Origin: Aeropyrum pernix K1
Lineage (GTDB): Archaea; Thermoproteota; Thermoprotei_A; Sulfolobales; Acidilobaceae
Direction of reading: 5' to 3'
DNA: 32,000 nt
NCBI RefSeq assembly: GCF_000011125.1
Contig: NC_000854.2
Span: 360,001-392,000, forward strand
The notes below the pieces were generated by a model. The model had not been told where the DNA came from. It did not search any database and saw only the letters and a list, made by a program, of their open reading frames with translations. A program made the position numbers and the translations under genes. How positions within the stretch are numbered: the stretch's first letter is position 1; every line of letters begins with the position of its first letter. Shown here one piece after another: positions 23,826 through 32,000 of the stretch.

Positions 23826-24640
23826 CACTCCTCCAGCAGCCTGTACAGCAGATTGTAACTCGACCTCCCCCGCCCCCTAGGCCCGGCCCCCCGGGCCACC
23901 TCCATAAGGGCTGACGCGAGGCTGGCCGCCGCCTCCCTGGTGCTGGGGTTTGAGAGTATCTCGCCCCTCAAGTCGGGGCTGTCTGAGAGGACGGACTGGG
24001 CTAACATGCCCAGGACCCTGTAGGTGGTTGAGGGCAGGGGGGAGTCGAGGTCGAGACCCCCGCTCTCGAGGGCGGCGTACAGCGCCTCGGCCAGGGCGTA
24101 GACAAGGCCTATGGAGTAGCCCGCGAGCCTGTCGTGCTCCTCCCAGCTTCTAAGCCTTATTGTGTTGAAGCCCATCTCCCTGTAGAGCCTCTCAGCCTCC
24201 ACCACCCCCTCCCTTCCCGGGAAGGGCATGACGGCGACGTAGTGCTTCTCGGGCCGCGACGCCCTGCCCCCGAAGAGAGGGTGGGTCAGCGCTGCGAGCA
24301 CCCTAGGCGGCATGCCCCTAGCTGCTGCCACCACGCCCCTCTTGAAGGTGGCGGTGTCTACCACCAGTGTCCCGGACCGCGAGGACCTCGCAGCCTCCAC
24401 CATCACACCCCCAGCGGCGGGGCCCGGCACCGCCACGACTATGGCCTCGCTCTCAGCCGCCAGCCCCTGGAGGCTGCTGAAGCTCAGCCCCCCGTACTGG
24501 GATGCCGCCTCTCCGGCCCTCTCCCTGTCTATGTCGTAGAAGCAGACAGGCCATCCCCGGGCCGACGCAGCCCTGGCCAGGGCTCTGGCCACGCTCCCGG
24601 CCCCCACGAACCCTACCCTACACTCCACCCCTGAAACCAC
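23822..24640 (-). CDS. tyrA: Prephenate dehydrogenase
   Basis: Rossmann motif VGFVGAGSVARAL, THPLFGG, and a C-terminal helical domain. It is the last gene of the aromatic operon. Confidence 0.8.
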   Translation of the reverse strand: MVSGVECRVGFVGAGSVARALARAASARGWPVCFYDIDRERAGEAASQYGGLSFSSLQGLAAESEAIVVAVPGPAAGGVMVEAARSSRSGTLVVDTATFKRGVVAAARGMPPRVLAALTHPLFGGRASRPEKHYVAVMPFPGREGVVEAERLYREMGFNTIRLRSWEEHDRLAGYSIGLVYALAEALYAALESGGLDLDSPLPSTTYRVLGMLAQSVLSDSPDLRGEILSNPSTREAAASLASALMEVARGAGPRGRGRSSYNLLYRLLEEC

Positions 24641-24869
24641 CTCTAGCCTGCTCCCTGAGGCACTCCTCTATGACTAGCCTGTAGAGGGGCCTCCACCTGC
24701 TGGGCACCCTCCCCAGGACCTCGGCCTCCCTATCCTCGTCTCTCAACCCCCGGCCCAGCCTCCTCTTCTCCTCGCCCACCCTCCTACACAGCTCTAGCCT
24801 CTCCTCCAGCAGCGCAACTATCTTGGCGTCGAGCTCGTCTATCAGCCTCCTAGCCTCTTCAATCCCCAC
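24618..24869 (-). CDS. Chorismate mutase (AroQ class, monofunctional)
   Basis: GIEEARRLIDELDAKIVALLEERLELCRRVGEEKRRLG...DEDREAEVL matches the AroQ helix 1 pattern. The maximal ORF reaches TTG 24905, but GTG 24869 (overlapping the aroC stop, GTGGGGATTGA) gives an MJ0246-like N-terminus. Confidence 0.8.
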   Translation of the reverse strand: MGIEEARRLIDELDAKIVALLEERLELCRRVGEEKRRLGRGLRDEDREAEVLGRVPSRWRPLYRLVIEECLREQARGGFRGGV

Positions 24870-26001
24870 CAGCCTCACCCCTGGTCCACGGCCTGAGGTC
24901 CTCAACCCACTCCGGCAGGAGAGCCTCCCTAAGTAGGAGGAGGTCTGCCAGGACTATGGCGGTGACCGCCTCCACGACGGGCGCCGCCCTAGGCCCTATG
25001 ACCGGGTCGTGCCTCCCCTTGCCAGAGACCCACGCCTCGCCGAGGCTCCTCAGGTCCACAGTCCTCCTGGGCTTCGGTATGCTCGAGGGGGGTTTGAAGG
25101 CGACCCTGAACACTATGGGCATGCCGTTGGTCAGCCCCCCAACTATGCCGCCGCTCCTGTTAGTCTCGTGCACTATCCTCCCCCCCACGGCGCGGGGGCT
25201 GTCGTGGGCCTCGCTCCCCCTCATGAAGGCGAGGGCGAAGCCCTCCCCGAACTCGACAGCCTTGGCCGCGGGTATCGCCATAACAGCCCTTGCCAGGAGG
25301 GCGTCGACCCCTCCCAGCGGCGGGTCCCCGAGGCCCGGGGGTACGTTGAAGGCCACGGCCTCCACCACGCTCCCCAGGCTGTCCCCCTCCCTCCGGGCCT
25401 CCTCCACGAGCCTTCTCATCCTCTCCGAGGCCTCCGGGTCAGGGCACTTCAGGGGGTCCCTGTCTATGGCCCTCCTGAACTCCTCGCTATCCCTCGGCTC
25501 CACCCTGGCCTCCACGCCGCCTATAGACTTGACGTAGGCGTAGACCCTGACCCCGTACCTGGCCAGCACAAGCTTGGCAATAGCCCCTGCGGCCACAAGG
25601 GCGGCGGTCCTCCTCCCGCTGAATATGCCGCCGCCGCGGTAGTCCTGGTGGCCTAGGTAGCGCTCGTAGGCCACGTAGTCTGCGTGGCCGGGCCTCGGCT
25701 TGTACCTGAACTCCTCGTAGAACCCGGGCTTGACGTCGACGTTCCTTATGAAGAGGAGTATGGGGGCCCCTGTGGTCCTGCCCCTGAAGACTCCGCTCAG
25801 TATCTCCACCCTGTCCGCCTCCCTCCTCGGGCTGGCGTAGGGGCCCCCGGGCCTCCTCCTCTCAAGCTCCCTGTTGATGTAGGCCTCGTCAACCTCCAGC
25901 CCCGGAGGGACGCCGGTGACCAGGGCCCCCACCCCGGGGCCATGGCTCTCGCCGAATATGGATACCCTGAACACCTCGCCCAGGCTATCCCTAGACGCCA
26001 C
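24859..26001 (-). CDS. aroC: Chorismate synthase
   Basis: FRVSIFGESHGPGVGALVTGVPPG, GRTTGAPI, RPGHADY, SGRRTAA and GKGRHDPVIGPRA. Confidence 0.95.
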   Translation of the reverse strand: MASRDSLGEVFRVSIFGESHGPGVGALVTGVPPGLEVDEAYINRELERRRPGGPYASPRREADRVEILSGVFRGRTTGAPILLFIRNVDVKPGFYEEFRYKPRPGHADYVAYERYLGHQDYRGGGIFSGRRTAALVAAGAIAKLVLARYGVRVYAYVKSIGGVEARVEPRDSEEFRRAIDRDPLKCPDPEASERMRRLVEEARREGDSLGSVVEAVAFNVPPGLGDPPLGGVDALLARAVMAIPAAKAVEFGEGFALAFMRGSEAHDSPRAVGGRIVHETNRSGGIVGGLTNGMPIVFRVAFKPPSSIPKPRRTVDLRSLGEAWVSGKGRHDPVIGPRAAPVVEAVTAIVLADLLLLREALLPEWVEDLRPWTRGEAGGD

Positions 26002-27274
26002 CTCCCTTCACCGCCTCAACACGCGCTCCAAGCCTCGCGAGGTCCTCCAGGAAGCCGGGGTAGGAGTCGGGCACCCTGGAGAAGCCCTCCACAGCCACAG
26101 GCCTTCTAGCCCCCAGGCCTGCAACGGCCATTGCCATGGCTATCCTGTGGTCTCCCCAGGACCTCGCAACTCCCCCCTCAACACCGCCCCCCCGGATCTC
26201 GAGGATCCCGCCTCTGACCCTCGCCTCCACACCCAGCCTCGCTAGGTTCCAGGCTATGGCTGAGAGCCTGTCGCTCTCCTTATACTTCAGCCTCTCTAGC
26301 CCCCTTAGCCTGCTCACCCCCCGGGCGTAGGCGGCTAGGACCGCCGCAACCGGGGCTAGGTCGGGGGAGCCGTCCAGGTCTACATCAACAGGCTCCAGAG
26401 GGCCCGTCGACTCCACCGCCACGACACCACCCTCCACGCGGACCCTAGCACCCATGCTCCTGAGCAGCTCCACTATCCTCCTGTCAGGCTGAGGGTCGAC
26501 AGGCCTCAGCCCCTCCACCTCGACCCTCCCCGCTATGGCGCCCGCGGCGAGCATGAAGGAGGCGGAGCTGTAGTCGCCGGGGACCGCGGCGTCGACAGGC
26601 TTCGGAGTGCCCCTGAGGCGGAAGAGCCTGTACCCCTCCCTCTCCACCCTCACCCCGAACATGGAGAGGCTCTCCAGCGTTATGTCCACGTACCCCCTGC
26701 TAGACAGCCTGGCGGCGGAGAGCTCGAACTCGCCGAGGCGGGAGCCGGCTATGAGCAGGCTCGTGGCGAACTGGCTGCTGATAGCCGCGTCAACCTCCAC
26801 GCTAGCCCGCCTTAGGGGGCCGGAGACCTTGACGGGGGGGTTGCCGCCAGTGTCGCATACCCGGGCCCCCATGCTCCTCAGGGCCTCTGAGAGGGGGTGG
26901 ACGGGCCTCCTGTTGAGGCTCTCGTCGCCGTATAGCAGCGTGGCCTCGGCGCTGTGGGCAGCCACACCCATGGCTATCCTAATCGTCGTACCACTGCCCG
27001 CGGCGTACACCACGGCACCACCCCTAACCTCTCCCCCCTCAACCTCGGCCACACCCCTCCCCAGCCGGGGCTTCCCGCCGAGGAGGGCTACGGCGTTCAG
27101 GGTTGCTAGGGTGTCGTTGGAAACCAGGGGCCTCCTTACCACGCTCCTGCCGCGGGCTAGAAGCGCCAGGAAGAGCATCCTGTGGGTGTAGCTCTTCGAT
27201 GGCGGCGCCTCGACCCTGCCCTCCACGGTTGAGGGGTGGACAACCACTCTGTCTGGAGCCCTCAGCCACACCAT
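25991..27274 (-). CDS. aroA: 3-phosphoshikimate 1-carboxyvinyltransferase (EPSP synthase)
   Basis: PPSKSYTHRMLFLALLA, GSGTTIRI, KYKESDRL and GDHRIAMAMAVAG. Confidence 0.95.
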   Translation of the reverse strand: MVWLRAPDRVVVHPSTVEGRVEAPPSKSYTHRMLFLALLARGRSVVRRPLVSNDTLATLNAVALLGGKPRLGRGVAEVEGGEVRGGAVVYAAGSGTTIRIAMGVAAHSAEATLLYGDESLNRRPVHPLSEALRSMGARVCDTGGNPPVKVSGPLRRASVEVDAAISSQFATSLLIAGSRLGEFELSAARLSSRGYVDITLESLSMFGVRVEREGYRLFRLRGTPKPVDAAVPGDYSSASFMLAAGAIAGRVEVEGLRPVDPQPDRRIVELLRSMGARVRVEGGVVAVESTGPLEPVDVDLDGSPDLAPVAAVLAAYARGVSRLRGLERLKYKESDRLSAIAWNLARLGVEARVRGGILEIRGGGVEGGVARSWGDHRIAMAMAVAGLGARRPVAVEGFSRVPDSYPGFLEDLARLGARVEAVKGGGV

Positions 27275-28104
27275 TTGAACCTCGCCTCCACCACCTCGTA
27301 GCCCGCCGTCTCGAGGACCTCAGCCGCCCCCCGCGGCCTCTCGGTGAGGGCGAAGACGGCGGGCCCCTTCCCAGTGACCCCGGCCGCGGCTGCACCGGCC
27401 TCGTAGAGCCTAGACGCCAGCCCCTCGACCCCTAGTGCCAGGGCCCCGGCAACCCCGCTTACAGCCATGGCGGGGAGCCACTCCCCGGCGAGGCCAAGCC
27501 TGGCCGCGGCGTCGTACAGCCTAGAGTGCCTCCTGAACGGGGAGGGGTCGAGATTCTCCACCGGGTTCTCGACGCCGGGCACCCCTATGACGGCGGTTAG
27601 GCGGCAGCCGTCCCGGGGGAGCAGCCTCAGTATAGCCATGCCCCTGTTGTCGGTGATCACAGGCGCCTCAAGCAGGCTGGCCGCGTGGTCGTCTAGCGCG
27701 CCCGTCACGCTCAGGCCCGCCCCCCTGCTGACCCTTGCGGCCGCGAGGGCCGCCCTCCAAGGGGGGGCTCTAACCCCCTTCAGCCTCAACACAGCCTCTA
27801 CCAGCGAGGCCAGGAGGGCGGCGCTCCCCTTAAGCCCCACCCCTGGGGGGAAGCCAGTGTGGACCTCGGCTTCCAGGCCCTCTACGCAGGCTCCCAGGCT
27901 GCAGGCAGCGGTGGCAGCGGCCTCCAGCACACGGGGGGGCAGCCTCCTCTCGCCCCGGGGGGTCAGGCTAACCCCCGCCCAGAGGCCCCTCGCCTCCCGC
28001 ACCCTGCTCTCCACCCAGAGGCCCAGCCCCGCCGCCCCGCCGAGCCTGCCGTGGCCGATCGCGTTCACTATGGTGAGCCCCCCGCTCGCCCTGGCTCTAG
28101 CCAT
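27262..28104 (-). CDS. Shikimate kinase, archaeal GHMP-kinase type
   Basis: GGLTIVNAIGHG, the GHMP motif PPGVGLKGSAALLAS, and its position between aroE and aroA. Confidence 0.85.
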   Translation of the reverse strand: MARARASGGLTIVNAIGHGRLGGAAGLGLWVESRVREARGLWAGVSLTPRGERRLPPRVLEAAATAACSLGACVEGLEAEVHTGFPPGVGLKGSAALLASLVEAVLRLKGVRAPPWRAALAAARVSRGAGLSVTGALDDHAASLLEAPVITDNRGMAILRLLPRDGCRLTAVIGVPGVENPVENLDPSPFRRHSRLYDAAARLGLAGEWLPAMAVSGVAGALALGVEGLASRLYEAGAAAAGVTGKGPAVFALTERPRGAAEVLETAGYEVVEARFKWCG

Positions 28105-28925
28105 TAGCCTCGACCCCCACGCATGGCCTCGAGGGCGTAGGTCCTCAGCTCAACCGGGCTGGCCTCCAGCCCTAGCCAGACCGCTATGTTCTCAGCGGCC
28201 TGGATCGCCAGCATCCAGAGGCCGTCCACGGGGGTGCAGCCGCTGGCCGCCGCCCGCCTGAGGAAGGGTGTGGCGAGGGGCCTGTACACCATGTCCACCG
28301 CTATACACCCCTCCCTGAACCCCCTCTCTACGGGTGTGGAGACGCCGTCCCAGCCCAGGGGGGTGGCGTTGACGACGACGTCCGAGGCTGCCGCAGCATC
28401 CTCAAGCCCACCCGGGGGTACGGGCTCCACCTCGGCCCCCAGGCCGGCAAGATCCTGGGCCGCCCTCCTGGCTGTGAGGCCTGTCCTGCTCGCTATCAGG
28501 ACCCTCCCCGCCCCCCAGGTTGCCAGGGCATAGGCCGCCGCCCTCCCCGCGCCCCCCGCGCCTATGACGAGGGCGGTGTCCGGGGGTGATGCTGTGTAGA
28601 GCTTGAGGGAGTCTAGGAAGCCCTTCCAGTCGGTGTTGAACCCCTCCCACCCCTCCTCGCCAGCCACCATAGTGTTAACCGCCCCTATGGCCCTGGCGTG
28701 GCTGTCTAGGGTTGAGGCCAGCGAGAGGGCCTCCCTCTTCAGGGGTTTGGTGACGTTGAAGCCGTGCAGCTCCCCCGCCATCCTCAGGGCGGGGGCGAGG
28801 CCCCCGGGGCCGGCCTCGTAAACCCTGTACTCGAGCCTCAGCCCCCTCTTCGCCGCGAACCCCCTGTAGATCGCCGGGCTCAGGCTGGAGCTGACGCCAG
28901 AGCCGAAGAGCGCGAGCCTGATCAA
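28104..28925 (-). CDS. aroE: Shikimate 5-dehydrogenase
   Basis: SLSPAIY, NVTKPLK, GAVNTMV, NTDWKGF and the Rossmann motif IGAGGAGRAAAYAL. Confidence 0.9.
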   Translation of the reverse strand: MIRLALFGSGVSSSLSPAIYRGFAAKRGLRLEYRVYEAGPGGLAPALRMAGELHGFNVTKPLKREALSLASTLDSHARAIGAVNTMVAGEEGWEGFNTDWKGFLDSLKLYTASPPDTALVIGAGGAGRAAAYALATWGAGRVLIASRTGLTARRAAQDLAGLGAEVEPVPPGGLEDAAAASDVVVNATPLGWDGVSTPVERGFREGCIAVDMVYRPLATPFLRRAAASGCTPVDGLWMLAIQAAENIAVWLGLEASPVELRTYALEAMRGGRG

Positions 28926-29590
28926 CTCTCCCCCAACCCCATCCTCAGGTACAGCTCCATTATCTCGCTGCTCTGGGGGACGCCGTCTAGGGGGGCGCGG
29001 GGGTGGGAGCCGAAGACCAGGGGGGCGCCGAGGGCTAGGGCTGTGAGCCTTGAAGCCAGCGTCCCGGGGCCTAGGGTGAAGGAGGTGGCGAAGCCCCCCG
29101 CCTCCGCCACCAGCCTGGCGGCGGCAGCCTGCTCCCAGGGCTCAACACCGGGGTAGACTAGCTTGTAGGCCGAGGCCCCAAGCCTCTCCGCCACGGCAGC
29201 CTCCTCCAGGGCCCTGCGGGGGGTGGGTGGTGTTGTGGGGTGGCTGCTTGCTATGCATCCTGAGCAGCCGCTGGAGGCGTGGAGGTCCTCCACCTCATAG
29301 TCGACCAGCCACCCCTCGGGGGCGAGGTCCTCGAGCCGGGCCAGCACAGCCCTCCTCTCCCCCCTCGCCCTCCTATCCAGCCCTCCGTGGCCAGCGCTCC
29401 TGAGGGTCACAACAACCCTGGCGGGGCTGTGGAGGCGGGTGGCGAGCAGCTCCAACGCCTCCCCCGGGTCTCCCGGGTAGAAGTCGAGCCTCAGCTCCAC
29501 GCAGCCGGTGGGGGATGAGAGGGCTAGCATGGCCGCCTCCCCGGCATCCTCCACGGGGACTACCGTGCATATCCTCCCAGAAGCCCCCAC
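28922..29590 (-). CDS. aroD: 3-dehydroquinate dehydratase, type I
   Basis: VELRLDF, VVVTLRS and the candidate catalytic-Lys block ASAYKLVYP. A 4-nt overlap with aroE. Confidence 0.82.
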   Translation of the reverse strand: MGASGRICTVVPVEDAGEAAMLALSSPTGCVELRLDFYPGDPGEALELLATRLHSPARVVVTLRSAGHGGLDRRARGERRAVLARLEDLAPEGWLVDYEVEDLHASSGCSGCIASSHPTTPPTPRRALEEAAVAERLGASAYKLVYPGVEPWEQAAAARLVAEAGGFATSFTLGPGTLASRLTALALGAPLVFGSHPRAPLDGVPQSSEIMELYLRMGLGES

Positions 29591-29596
29591 AACCCC

Positions 29597-30673
29597 TCAC
29601 CCCCCGCCCCACAGCTCCACCATTAGCCGGGAGACCGTCTCCACCGGAACCCTGGAGAGCCTGGGCCTCCCGAGCCTCTCCAGAAGGGGCATGACTATGC
29701 TGCCCCCCTCCCTCTTCTTGTCTAGGCCCACAAGCCCCGCGGCCTCCCCAGCCAGGCCGGGAGGGGGCTCTAGGGGGAGGCCTGCCGTGGACAGCATGTC
29801 GAGGACATCCTCAGCCTCACCGCGGGGGAGGCCTGCCAGCCTCCTGCTGAGCTCAAGCTCCCCAGCCAGGCCTATGGAGACGGACCTGCCGTGGCTAAGG
29901 GTGTAGCTTGAGGCCGCCTCGAGGGCGTGGCCTATGGTGTGGCCCAGGTTTAGTATCCTCCTCAAACCCCTCTCCCTCGGGTCTCCAGCGACCACCTGCA
30001 TCTTGTATCCCAGGCTCCAGAAGGCCAGCCTGGCCAGCGGGGCGGGCCGCCTGGCGAGGGCTTGGGGGAGGAGGCTGGCGGCGGGCTCCCTGTCGCCCGA
30101 GAGGGCCACGTGCTTAACAAGCTCGGCGAAGCCGTCCCTATAGCCCTCATCCGGCTGCCCAGCCACTATGCCAGGCTCCACCAGGACCATCCTGGGATTG
30201 TGGAACGTGCCCACCATGTTCTTCCCCCTCAGGTTGACCCCGGTCTTGCCCCCGGCGGCCGCGTCGAAGGCTGCGAGTGTCGTGGAGGGTATGTTAACCG
30301 TGGATAGGCCTCTCATGAGTGTTGACGCGGCGAAGCCTGCGGCGTCCAGGAGGGCGCCCCCGCCTATTATGTAGACGGTTGTCGACCTCTCCACCCCGGC
30401 CTGGAGCATGAGGTCCCAGAGCCTCGTAACCCAGTCTAGACTCTTCACCCGCTCTCCGCCCCCCGCCACGGCGCCCAGGACCTCTACCCCCCGGGCCTCC
30501 AGTATCCTGGCCAGCCTTGCTGCCTCGGCGGAGAGGGCCTCCTCATGCACTATATAGGCTGTCCCCCCGGCGGCGCGGGGGGCCTCGGAGAGGGCGCCCA
30601 CACCCGCGGCCACCACCGTCTCCTCATCAACCGAGAGCCTGAACACCCTCCTCTCTACAGCAGCCTGTGCCAC
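29597..30673 (-). CDS. aroB: 3-dehydroquinate synthase
   Basis: [57 protein letters not shown] and HGRSVSIG. Confidence 0.9.
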   Translation of the reverse strand: MAQAAVERRVFRLSVDEETVVAAGVGALSEAPRAAGGTAYIVHEEALSAEAARLARILEARGVEVLGAVAGGGERVKSLDWVTRLWDLMLQAGVERSTTVYIIGGGALLDAAGFAASTLMRGLSTVNIPSTTLAAFDAAAGGKTGVNLRGKNMVGTFHNPRMVLVEPGIVAGQPDEGYRDGFAELVKHVALSGDREPAASLLPQALARRPAPLARLAFWSLGYKMQVVAGDPRERGLRRILNLGHTIGHALEAASSYTLSHGRSVSIGLAGELELSRRLAGLPRGEAEDVLDMLSTAGLPLEPPPGLAGEAAGLVGLDKKREGGSIVMPLLERLGRPRLSRVPVETVSRLMVELWGGG

Positions 30674-31485
30674 CTAAGCTCACCCATCAGCCTGGCGAAC
30701 TCCCCGGGCGTCAACTGCTGTTTGGCGTCGCTCAGAGCCTCCTCAGGGTTGGGGTGGACCTCCACTATCAGCCCGTCCGCCCCTGCTGCCAGCCCGGCCT
30801 TGGCTAGTGCGGGTACGAGGCTCCTCCTGCCCGCAGGGTGGCTCGGGTCCACTATGACAGGCAGGTGTGTCGCCTCCTTCAGAACCGCCACAGCGGCGAC
30901 GTCTAGGGTGAACCTGGTGGAGGGCTCGAAAGTCCTTATACCCCGCTCCACCAGCACGACCTGCCAGTTGCCCTCGAGGAGTATGTACTCCGCCGCGGCC
31001 AGCAGCTCCTCAACAGTGTTGCCGAAACCCCTCTTGAGGAGGACAGGCTTGCCGGACCTGCCCACCTCCCTCAGCAGGGGGAAGTTCTGCATATTCCTAG
31101 CCCCTATCTGCAGCATGTCGGCATAGCGGGACACAGTCTCCACGTGCCGGGGGTCGAGGACCTCAGTCACAACCGGGAGCCCAGCCTCGTCTCCAGCCCT
31201 CCTCAGAAGCTTGAGCCCCTCCAAACCCAGGCCCTGGAAGCTGTACGGGCTCGTCCTAGGCTTGAAGGCTCCGCCCCTCAGCATGTGGGCGCCGGCCTCC
31301 TTCACGGCCAGCGCCGCCTCCCTCACCTGCTCCCACGACTCGACGCTACACGGCCCCGCTATCACAGCCTTGCTCCCACCACCTATCCTTACACCCTCCA
31401 CCTCAACAACGGTCTCCCTGCGCTCCTCACTCTTGAGGGCTAGCTTTACACCCTTGAAACCGGCCACTGGGAGCCACCTCCACAC
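30655..31485 (-). CDS. 3-deoxy-7-phosphoheptulonate (DAHP) synthase, class I-beta
   Basis: [47 protein letters not shown] and VDPSH. Confidence 0.9.
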   Translation of the reverse strand: MWRWLPVAGFKGVKLALKSEERRETVVEVEGVRIGGGSKAVIAGPCSVESWEQVREAALAVKEAGAHMLRGGAFKPRTSPYSFQGLGLEGLKLLRRAGDEAGLPVVTEVLDPRHVETVSRYADMLQIGARNMQNFPLLREVGRSGKPVLLKRGFGNTVEELLAAAEYILLEGNWQVVLVERGIRTFEPSTRFTLDVAAVAVLKEATHLPVIVDPSHPAGRRSLVPALAKAGLAAGADGLIVEVHPNPEEALSDAKQQLTPGEFARLMGELRWHRLL

Positions 31486-31486
31486 C

Positions 31487-32000
31487 CTAGAGGGCGGCCG
31501 CGAGCCTTCTAACCCTCGCAGCCACGCTCTCCGGGTCGAGACGCAGGTGTCTGAGGAGCGACATGTAGTCTCTGGAGGAGGAGCCGTAGACGCCTGGGGG
31601 CACCCCTATCCTGGCCTGCCGGGCGCAGGCCCCCTCCTCGGCTAGAATGGATGAGACCACATCCCCAAGCCCGCCCACCGTTCTATGCTCCTCAACAGTC
31701 ACGAGCAGCCTAGACCTCTCGGCAGCCTCGAGCACCAGCCTCCTGGGCGCGGGTTTTATGCTGTAGACGTCCACAACGCCGACCCTGAGCCCCTCAGACC
31801 TCAGCAGGGCGGCCGCAGCCAGGGAGACCCCCACCATAGGCCCTGTAGCCAGCAGTGTGACCGCCTCCCCGGGCTCCACGAGGACCTCGCCCCCTCCGGG
31901 CCTGAAGGTGAACTCCTCCTCGCTGTAGACCCTGAAGGCGTTGTCCCTCCCCAGCCTGACGTAGGCCGGCCCCCTATACCTCCTCACAAGCCACTCTACA
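31487..32000 (-). CDS. Transketolase, C-terminal subunit (5' end of gene lies right of the window)
   Basis: GPAYVRLGR...[13 protein letters not shown]...VDVYSIKP...[13 protein letters not shown]. The reading frame stays open through base 32000, and the listed start at 31987 is only an internal GTG. Confidence 0.85.
   Translation of the reverse strand, partial: VEWLVRRYRGPAYVRLGRDNAFRVYSEEEFTFRPGGGEVLVEPGEAVTLLATGPMVGVSLAAAALLRSEGLRVGVVDVYSIKPAPRRLVLEAAERSRLLVTVEEHRTVGGLGDVVSSILAEEGACARQARIGVPPGVYGSSSRDYMSLLRHLRLDPESVAARVRRLAAAL

Noticed and set aside
1-32000. CRISPR arrays, IS elements, integrases, toxin-antitoxin pairs and known defence systems.
   Set aside because: No regularly spaced repeats and no transposase, integrase, Cas or TA-like ORFs were recognised anywhere in the window. 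Apart from a few conserved uncharacterised ORFs, the gene content is housekeeping.

Overview
This is a dense, high-G+C archaeal chromosomal core region. It is roughly 90% coding, and most gene junctions overlap or are separated by less than 50 nt. The gene content points to a crenarchaeote: r-proteins L13e, L21e and L37e, RpoF, an Sm-like protein, aCPSF1, Pus10, a GHMP-type shikimate kinase, and a tRNA with a bulge-helix-bulge (BHB) intron. From memory it resembles Aeropyrum, but I could not verify that. Contents from left to right: (1) the aCPSF1 tail, a PUA protein, and the LSm-L37e pair; (2) an M24 peptidase; (3) a divergent metal-uptake locus, with a TroA/ZnuA-type binding protein plus an FmdA-type amidase on the - strand, and an ABC ATPase, permease and NikR-family regulator on the + strand; (4) a membrane-anchored GH99-like protein; (5) about 0.8 kb of lower-G+C non-coding DNA surrounding tRNA-Leu(UAG); (6) a TtuA/NcsA-type tRNA thiolase and L13e; (7) a Clp1-family RNA kinase back-to-back with tRNA-Asp(GUC), which carries a 121-nt intron; (8) a small wHTH protein, an MFS transporter and upp; (9) an eight-gene + strand run of translation and RNA-modification genes (Pus10, L21e, RpoF, DUF655, KsgA, Mtq2-like, SPOUT and THUMP methyltransferases); (10) an orphan LivJ-like binding protein and a 483-aa uncharacterised protein; (11) a ten-gene - strand aromatic amino acid operon laid out in pathway order (transketolase C, DAHP synthase, aroB, aroD, aroE, GHMP shikimate kinase, aroA, aroC, chorismate mutase, prephenate dehydrogenase). 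I saw no CRISPR array, integrase, transposase or recognisable defence system. The items most worth follow-up are small-scale. The tRNA-Asp intron has a split-tRNA-like architecture with an internal promoter-like box. Twin TGTGCACAG palindromes bracket the TATA box of the metal-transporter divergent promoter. The non-coding DNA around tRNA-Leu is unexplained. Several conserved proteins are poorly characterised. All homology calls come from motif recognition by eye, and no searches were run.
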